Of a DNA stretch of 24,929 nucleotides, positions 1-4,244 are shown piece after piece. Position numbers and translations under genes: made by a program. The notes beneath the pieces are model-generated. The model was not told the origin of the DNA and searched no databases. It saw nothing but the letters and a program-made list of their open reading frames with translations. The number at the start of each line of letters is the position of its first letter. The first letter of the stretch is position 1. Location: IMG/VR virus record IMGVR_UViG_3300042923_000186, positions 64,001 through 88,929 of that record; one strand, given 5' to 3'. The DNA is from a virus. Its lineage: Duplodnaviria > Heunggongvirae > Uroviricota > Caudoviricetes.

Positions 1-362
1 GCCACGAACTTGATCATGGCCCCGTTAGGGAAGTGCCATTCGAGCGGTTGAACTTTCCACTCCGCTCCGAACAGGCTGTAGATTTGCTGCGATTCGTCCA
101 CCAGACCACCAATCGCTTTCAGCACTGGATATGTCAGACGGACGATTAGAACCCGTGCTGCCGGGTCTTGACAATACTTCAGCGCCTTTAGCAACGCTAG
201 ATAGCTCTTGCCTCCACCAGCACCGCCGCCAATTAGCAGGATGTCGGTAGAATGGTCTTGCAGTACGAGTCTTTGTTTCGGTGAGCACGGGCCGAGTACG
301 ATAGGCTTTTCTTCTTCTTCGTCATATGCCTGCGCTACCGGATTTTTTCTGGGTCTTCCCAT
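1..362 (-). CDS. terL: terminase large subunit, N-terminal part (truncated by window edge)
   Basis: Manual translation from ATG 362-360 (RBS AAGGAG upstream): MGRPRKNPVAQAYDEEEEKPIVLGPCSPKQRLVLQDHSTDILLIGGGAGGGKSYLALLKALKYCQDPAARVLIVR. It has the Q motif, the Walker A GGGAGGGKS and the following hydrophobic strand typical of TerL ATPases. Not in the ORF track. Confidence 0.92.
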   Translation of the reverse strand, partial: MGRPRKNPVAQAYDEEEEKPIVLGPCSPKQRLVLQDHSTDILLIGGGAGGGKSYLALLKALKYCQDPAARVLIVRLTYPVLKAIGGLVDESQQIYSLFGAEWKVQPLEWHFPNGAMIKFV

Positions 363-380
363 GAAATCTCCTTTAACGCG

Positions 381-414
381 AAAAAGCCCCGTAACCATTC
401 AGATCACGAGGCTT
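381..414 (-). terminator. intrinsic terminator just upstream of terL RBS
   Basis: Transcript AAGCCUCGUGAUC-UGAAU-GGUUACGGGGCUU (13-bp stem with GU pairs) followed by a U-run. Confidence 0.75.
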
Positions 415-580
415 GTATAAATTATCAGCGGAATGTCAGCTACCAACCGATGCTACATTCACTCTCAGGGCTTGCTCCCTGCCCTCTCCATCATTGACAG
501 CCACCTTCTCCCACGGCCAAGGCCCAAAGGGGTGAAACTGCCATCTTGTCGCCAGCGTTGCACTGGCTGAAGTCTTTACT
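381..580 (-). ncRNA. putative ~200-nt structured small RNA / terL leader
   Basis: Lies between a consensus promoter (586-614) and a terminator (381-414); several hairpins; no convincing ORF. Confidence 0.55.
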
Positions 581-585
581 CTGCT

Positions 586-614
586 ATTATACTACCTAGC
601 TAGGTTCCTGTCAA
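586..614 (-). promoter_or_regulatory. sigma70 promoter
   Basis: TTGACA-ggaacctagctaggtag(17)-TATAAT. Confidence 0.9.
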
Positions 615-635
615 GTGATGGTTAGGTAGTTAATA

Positions 636-712
636 TGGCACGCCCGGTACGGAGTTGCACCTACCACAGCAAGGTTTGGAGCCTCGCTCGCCTCTACGGG
701 ACATTCGGACGC
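636..712 (-). tRNA. trnW: tRNA-Trp(CCA), atypical
   Basis: Acceptor GCGTCCG/CGGGCGT, loop CT-CCA-AA on a 7-bp stem, T-loop TGCAACT, GCCA end; A at position 8, short D arm. Confidence 0.75.
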
Positions 713-718
713 ATTTGT

Positions 719-1126
719 TTAATTTCCTGTTCGCTTGTAACGCTCTCTTCGGGAACTCGCTGTGTATCTACCTTTATAGGTATCCGAAGCGGCAGATTTA
801 CATCCTGTGCATCTACACCCTCTTTCGTAGTTTGCCCTAGTTCCGCAACCACTTACAGGTCGCATCCTACGTGATGCAACGTTACATGTTAGATGGCTAA
901 ATGAGATGTTATCTATGTCGAAGTAAAGCCCTACGGGGTCTTCGCTATCCAGCCAAGGAGTTTTATGTTCTACAGAAAACGTATCTCTTGACATGTTCTT
1001 TCCACACTTATAACAGTTATTATTTCCTGTGGTAACTACGAAGTTATATAGCAAATCTCGTGTCAATCTTTGACTTGCAGTGCTAGGATTCATACCTAGT
1101 TGCGTCTGTTTCTTTTCTTGGCTCAA
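719..1126 (-). CDS. HNH endonuclease
   Basis: CYKCG...SVEHKTP...NISFSHLTCN HNH core, C-terminal CGT..Y.RGCRC..C motif; TTG start with AAGGA RBS. Confidence 0.85.
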   Translation of the reverse strand: MSQEKKQTQLGMNPSTASQRLTRDLLYNFVVTTGNNNCYKCGKNMSRDTFSVEHKTPWLDSEDPVGLYFDIDNISFSHLTCNVASRRMRPVSGCGTRANYERGCRCTGCKSAASDTYKGRYTASSRRERYKRTGN

Positions 1127-1156
1127 TGATAGTCCTTAGACATCTATTAACATGTT

Positions 1157-1231
1157 TGGCAGAGGGTAGGCGGATCGAACGCCTCTTCTTGCGGTCAAAG
1201 CGCAATGTCATCACCAGATGACAAACCCCCA
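1157..1231 (-). tRNA. trnQ: tRNA-Gln(TTG)
   Basis: TTGCG-CTTTGAC-CGCAA anticodon arm, T arm AGGCG-TTCGATC-CGCCT, GCCA end; U1:U72 mismatch. Confidence 0.9.
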
Positions 1232-1238
1232 TCTGTTC

Positions 1239-1313
1239 TGGTAGTGGAGGATGGGAACGATCCATCGACCTAACGCTTATCAAGCGTTTGCTCTGCCACT
1301 GAGCTACACCACT
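1239..1313 (-). tRNA. trnI: tRNA-Ile(GAT)
   Basis: AACGC-TTGATAA-GCGTT, D arm TAGCTCAGTGGCAGAGC, T-loop ATCGTTC, ACCA end. Confidence 0.9.
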
Positions 1314-1511
1314 ATTGAAATCCAGTTTACTATTCCCACTGGCTAAAAGTCATGCACATTAGTGCCATCACGCCGTTCTTCGTCACCCTTGTACTTCGGG
1401 ATTGAATCTACGGCCAACCGACAGTTTGTAAGCGACTAGAACTATCTCTAGGGATGAGGCTTACTGACAAGTCCCTTTCGGGGAACGCTTACAGGCCTCT
1501 AAGGGCGATTA

Positions 1512-1608
1512 TGGCGGAGACTGTGAGGCTCGAACTCACACACCGGCTACTAACCGGCCTTCGATTTTCAAGATCGCTGCCGCTAGTCCTCTCTCGGCTA
1601 AAGTCTCC
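1512..1608 (-). tRNA. trnS: tRNA-Ser(TGA)
   Basis: Acceptor GGAGACT/AGTCTCC, loop CT-TGA-AA, long variable arm, GCCA end. Confidence 0.92.
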
Positions 1609-1696
1609 ATGTTCTGTAGCCTGCTTTACGTGCCGGGCTAATTCATCGTCTGGTTGCTCGTAGCCTAAGCAGGACCGTACCAGCAATTCACTCTCT

Positions 1697-1785
1697 TGGC
1701 GGAAGACTGACATCCCGACTGCCATGCGCTTTCGCACACCAAGTGATTAGCAATCACCGCTAGCGCCCCGGCTAGTTAATCTTCC
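1697..1785 (-). tRNA. trnS: tRNA-Ser(GCT), atypical T-loop
   Basis: Acceptor GGAAGAT/GTCTTCC, GGTGA-TTGCTAA-TCACT, long variable arm, T-loop GTCGGGA, GCCA end. Confidence 0.8.
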
Positions 1786-1790
1786 ATATC

Positions 1791-1862
1791 TGGACCCCAA
1801 TGCCCGAGTTGAACGGGCCAATCAGCGTTCGTAGCGCCGGAACCGAATCCGTCGGATCGGGG
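1791..1862 (-). tRNA. trnR: tRNA-Arg(ACG), collapsed D arm
   Basis: Acceptor CCCCGAT/ATTGGGG, CGGCG-CTACGAA-CGCTG, T arm GCCCG-TTCAACT-CGGGC, TCCA end. Confidence 0.8.
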
Positions 1863-1863
1863 A

Positions 1864-1934
1864 TGGTGGAGAATAAGGGACTCGAACCCTTCCTACCGCA
1901 GTGCAAGTGCAGCGTCTAGCCCTCTAGATTCCCC
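1864..1934 (-). tRNA. trnA: tRNA-Ala(TGC), collapsed D arm
   Basis: Acceptor GGGGAAT/ATTCTCC with G3:U70 identity pair, loop CT-TGC-AC, T arm AAGGG-TTCGAGT-CCCTT, ACCA end. Confidence 0.85.
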
Positions 1935-1942
1935 GTTGTTTC

Positions 1943-2018
1943 TGGTAGTTGGTGACGGGATCGAACCGGCGACAGCCTGTGTGTAAGACAGGTACTCTAC
2001 CTACTGAGTTAACCAACT
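1943..2018 (-). tRNA. trnV: tRNA-Val(TAC)
   Basis: Canonical cloverleaf, CCTGT-CTTACAC-ACAGG, ACCA end. Confidence 0.93.
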
Positions 2019-2024
2019 ATTATA

Positions 2025-2100
2025 TGGAATACCATGCGGGACTTGAACCCGGCATCTTCAGATTGAAAGTCTGACGTGCTGACCTTTGCACTAATGGTAT
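2025..2100 (-). tRNA. trnE: tRNA-Glu(TTC)
   Basis: Acceptor ATACCAT/ATGGTAT, TCAGA-CTTTCAA-TCTGA, TCCA end. Confidence 0.88.
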
Positions 2101-2174
2101 ATTGTTTGGTTTCAGGCGAGGCAATATCTAGCCTCCTTGGAACACGATACTTACACGCATCGAACCCTACTACT

Positions 2175-2260
2175 TGGTGCAGTGACTAGGATTCGAACCT
2201 AGACGGACTAGCCGACCACGGGGTTACAGCCCGGTACCCTTCCGAACGGGTGTTCACTAC
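2175..2260 (-). tRNA. trnY: tRNA-Tyr(GTA)
   Basis: Acceptor GTAGTGA/TCACTGC, loop CT-GTA-AC, long variable arm, T arm CTAGG-TTCGAAT-CCTAG, ACCA end; A8. Confidence 0.9.
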
Positions 2261-2270
2261 GATGATTCTG

Positions 2271-2330
2271 CACGGGAGACACCCCGTGGCAGGACTCGAA
2301 CCTGCGACGCTAGACGTACTCGTCTCACGG
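2271..2330 (-). ncRNA. mini tRNA-like element (T arm plus acceptor-like stem, no anticodon arm)
   Basis: CCGTG...GTC-GCAGG-TTCGAGT-CCTGC-CACGG...CCCGTG. Confidence 0.5.
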
Positions 2331-2337
2331 CAATGAT

Positions 2338-2421
2338 TGGTAGGCCGGGAGGGATTCGAACCCTCAAAAGCACGGTTTCTAAGACCGTTAGGTGTACCAG
2401 ATTTCCATCAGCCACCAGCCC
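2338..2421 (-). tRNA. trnL: tRNA-Leu(TAG)
   Basis: Acceptor GGGCTGG/CCGGCCT, ACGGT-CTTAGAA-ACCGT, T arm GAGGG-TTCGAAT-CCCTC, ACCA end; short variable region, enlarged D region. Confidence 0.88.
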
Positions 2422-2490
2422 ATTGTTCTGTCCGTTTCTTGTGGAGGCACGGAGTAGCCTCTATCTAAGGTAGCGAAACTCTAGATAACT

Positions 2491-2564
2491 TGGAGCCCCC
2501 AGAGGGAATCGAACCCTACTCTGCGATGCTTGGAAGGCATGCGGCTCACCTTGAGCTTGGACGC
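2491..2564 (-). tRNA. trnG: tRNA-Gly(TCC)
   Basis: Acceptor GCGTCCA/TGGGGGC, loop CT-TCC-AA, TCCA end; only 1 nt between acceptor and D stem. Confidence 0.85.
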
Positions 2565-2719
2565 ATTTAAATCTAAACGCACAATCTAGCGTCTCCTTCG
2601 TTTCGAGCGTTAGCGAGAAATTACTATTGACGACTTGTGCGTAAACATAAAGCGACTCAGAGACATAGGCAACGCACTTGCCCTGCTCCCGAGTGCGATT
2701 CGTTAAATCGCTTTATGTT

Positions 2720-2798
2720 TGGCTGGCTACCTCGGAATCGAACCGAGCTATTCATTGATTAACAGTCAAGTCCTTGCACCTTGCTTGGATTCTAGCCA
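2720..2798 (-). tRNA. trnN: tRNA-Asn(GTT)
   Basis: Loop CT-GTT-AA, T arm CTCGG-TTCGATT-CCGAG, GCCA end; A8. Confidence 0.88.
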
Positions 2799-2933
2799 AT
2801 TGTTCTGTATTCTAGTCCCGGCTTGCATGTGATCCCGGTTTGTAAGACGACACGCTAGTCTCCTCGTGTCGAATTCGCGTCGAGTTTTCGGCTTGCAAAT
2901 GCTACCGACAGGCGTGACGCGCACTTCCTATTC

Positions 2934-3006
2934 TGGTTGCGAACGCCGGAATCGAACCGTCCTGTGAGCTTATGAGACTCACATGCGCCACTACATCTCT
3001 ATCGCA
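2934..3006 (-). tRNA. tRNA with CAT anticodon (Met/fMet/Ile2 identity unresolved)
   Basis: GTGAGT-CTCATAA-GCTCAC, T-loop TTCGATT, ACCA end; mismatches in acceptor and T stems. Confidence 0.72.
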
Positions 3007-3073
3007 ATTGATCTTTCACACTTCAGGCGCTTTTATTATTAGCGCGGAGTCGTCTATCTGCCACTGGAACGAC

Positions 3074-3102
3074 ATATTATCATAGCTACCTACGTTTGTC
3101 AA
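3074..3102 (-). promoter_or_regulatory. sigma70 promoter inside tRNA array
   Basis: TTGACA-aacgtaggtagctatga(17)-TAATAT with extended TG. Confidence 0.75.
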
Positions 3103-3124
3103 TAGCTAGCTACAAAATTTATTC

Positions 3125-3211
3125 TGGTCTGTGTGGGTGGCTTCGATCCACCAAGGGTTTCCCACTCGCTTCCAAGGCGAGGCCGCTACCTGATTACGGG
3201 GCTACACACAG
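3125..3211 (-). tRNA. trnP: tRNA-Pro(TGG) with long variable arm
   Basis: Acceptor CTGTGTG/CACACAG (C1-G72, A73), CTCGC-CTTGGAA-GCGAG, variable arm TGGGAAACCCT, T-loop ATCGAAG. Confidence 0.88.
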
Positions 3212-3352
3212 TTAAAAGAGTTTAACGACATCGTTTGTTGGTCGGACCTTTAACGTTCTCTTCGGACGTACACACTATCTCCCCGTGTGTAATGGGATTT
3301 GATACTAACGACGCTTGCGTCACTACCCGCACCCTGCGCTTTCTCAGGCTCG

Positions 3353-3428
3353 TGGTTCCGGTTGCAGGACTTGAACCCGCCACCTGACGATTACAAATCG
3401 CCTGCTCTACCAGATGAGCTAAACCGGA
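3353..3428 (-). tRNA. trnT: tRNA-Thr(TGT)
   Basis: Canonical cloverleaf, GGCGA-TTTGTAA-TCGTC, ACCA end. Confidence 0.95.
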
Positions 3429-3429
3429 A

Positions 3430-3780
3430 TTGTTCGGTCCCGCTTACTGATACGGGGACACCTGTTGGCACGGTGTCAGGACCCACCACGGTCAAGGAGA
3501 AACATTTACAACTTACTGCCGCCTTTCGGCGTTTATAGCTGCCCGGCCTCTAACAAGCCACGAAGGCACAATAGACTATTGCCGGGACTTACTCTGAAGG
3601 GTAGCTGCCGTATAAGCTAATCGGAGCAACCCGTAACTAGCTTATTTCGGGGACAGGATATTACGCCGGGAGCGATGCAACAACGCTCCTTCGAGATACG
3701 ATCACCTCCTTTCGGTAGGTCAATCAAGACTCGGCAGCTACCCAAACTGTACTACTAATTCTGCCCTGAATCTCTCAGGT
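3430..3780 (-). ncRNA. putative ~350-nt structured RNA / leader of tRNA operon
   Basis: Starts at promoter 3787-3815; perfect 12-bp stem (3599-3610/3732-3743) and many nested hairpins; no supported ORF. Confidence 0.6.
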
Positions 3781-3786
3781 AAAGCG

Positions 3787-3815
3787 AGTATAACCGACGA
3801 TCCTGCATTTGTCAA
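3787..3815 (-). promoter_or_regulatory. sigma70 promoter of tRNA operon
   Basis: TTGACA-aatgcaggatcgtcggt(17)-TATACT; GTAGCTAGCTA directly upstream of -35. Confidence 0.85.
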
Positions 3816-3841
3816 TAGCTAGCTACCTAAATACCGTCAGG

Positions 3842-4183
3842 TTATACTTCCTGCAAGTTGTCGAAGTCGATAGACGGGCCTTGCTTCTTCTGTGTACCAC
3901 CAGCAGTTGATAGCTGGGGAATCATCCCCTTAGCCTTAATCTCTGCTACTTGCCGTAGCAAGCCATCCTTAGACACTACCTCTGCCACCTTGACCTGAAG
4001 GTCAATCAGCTTCTCTGCGGCTGTACGCCGCTCTTTCAGCGACAATTCCTCGTTGTTCATCGTTTGTACAAGAAGGTCTACGGCAGCAGGCGTAGCCCGC
4101 TCTAGGCTCTTGTACAGGTCAGCCAGTTCATGCTTTCGTTTCACGAAAACCGGAGACTCTACGGCCTCCACTACCTTGCTCAT
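3842..4183 (-). CDS. hypothetical helical protein, candidate terminase small subunit
   Basis: 113-aa ORF with RBS GGAG and its own promoter; helical, disordered C-tail; upstream of and co-oriented with tRNAs and terL. TerS call is positional only. Confidence 0.75.
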   Translation of the reverse strand: MSKVVEAVESPVFVKRKHELADLYKSLERATPAAVDLLVQTMNNEELSLKERRTAAEKLIDLQVKVAEVVSKDGLLRQVAEIKAKGMIPQLSTAGGTQKKQGPSIDFDNLQEV

Positions 4184-4209
4184 TGTACGTACTCCGGTAA
4201 ATAACTGAG

Positions 4210-4238
4210 ATTATACACTATCTAGCTAACTATGTCAA
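4210..4238 (-). promoter_or_regulatory. sigma70 promoter
   Basis: TTGACA-tagttagctagatagtg(17)-TATAAT. Confidence 0.9.
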
Positions 4239-4244
4239 CCCCAC

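Noticed and set aside
430-580. RNase P RNA fragments (CCAGTGCAAC, GGAGCAAG)
   Set aside because: Short isolated matches; no P4 pseudoknot elements; too short.
1512-2421. Suppressor tRNAs (anticodons TGA and TAG)
   Set aside because: These anticodons read TCA (Ser) and CTA (Leu); suppressors would need TCA, CTA or TTA anticodons. There is no sign of stop-codon recoding.
2801-2930. tmRNA (ATTCGAC motif)
   Set aside because: No alanyl acceptor stem, T arm, CCA end or tag reading frame.
1321-3350. Hammerhead or HDV/theta ribozymes in tRNA spacers
   Set aside because: No CUGAUGA/GAAA core and no HDV P1/P1.1 arrangement found by eye; a formal descriptor search is still worthwhile.
1083-3538. ORF-track entries overlapping tRNAs (1083-1283, 1454-1663, 1489-1737, 3299-3538)
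   Set aside because: They overlap clear tRNA genes, lack RBS and have no protein-like features.
3700-3712. 16S rRNA gene fragment
   Set aside because: Only 13 nt match, with no flanking rRNA sequence (helix 45 absent).
3430-3780. RNase P RNA (GAGTAAGTCCCGGC resembles GAGGAAAGTCCGGGC)
   Set aside because: No matching 3' P4 strand (ACAGAA..CGGCTTA) in the right order; the overall helix layout does not fit.
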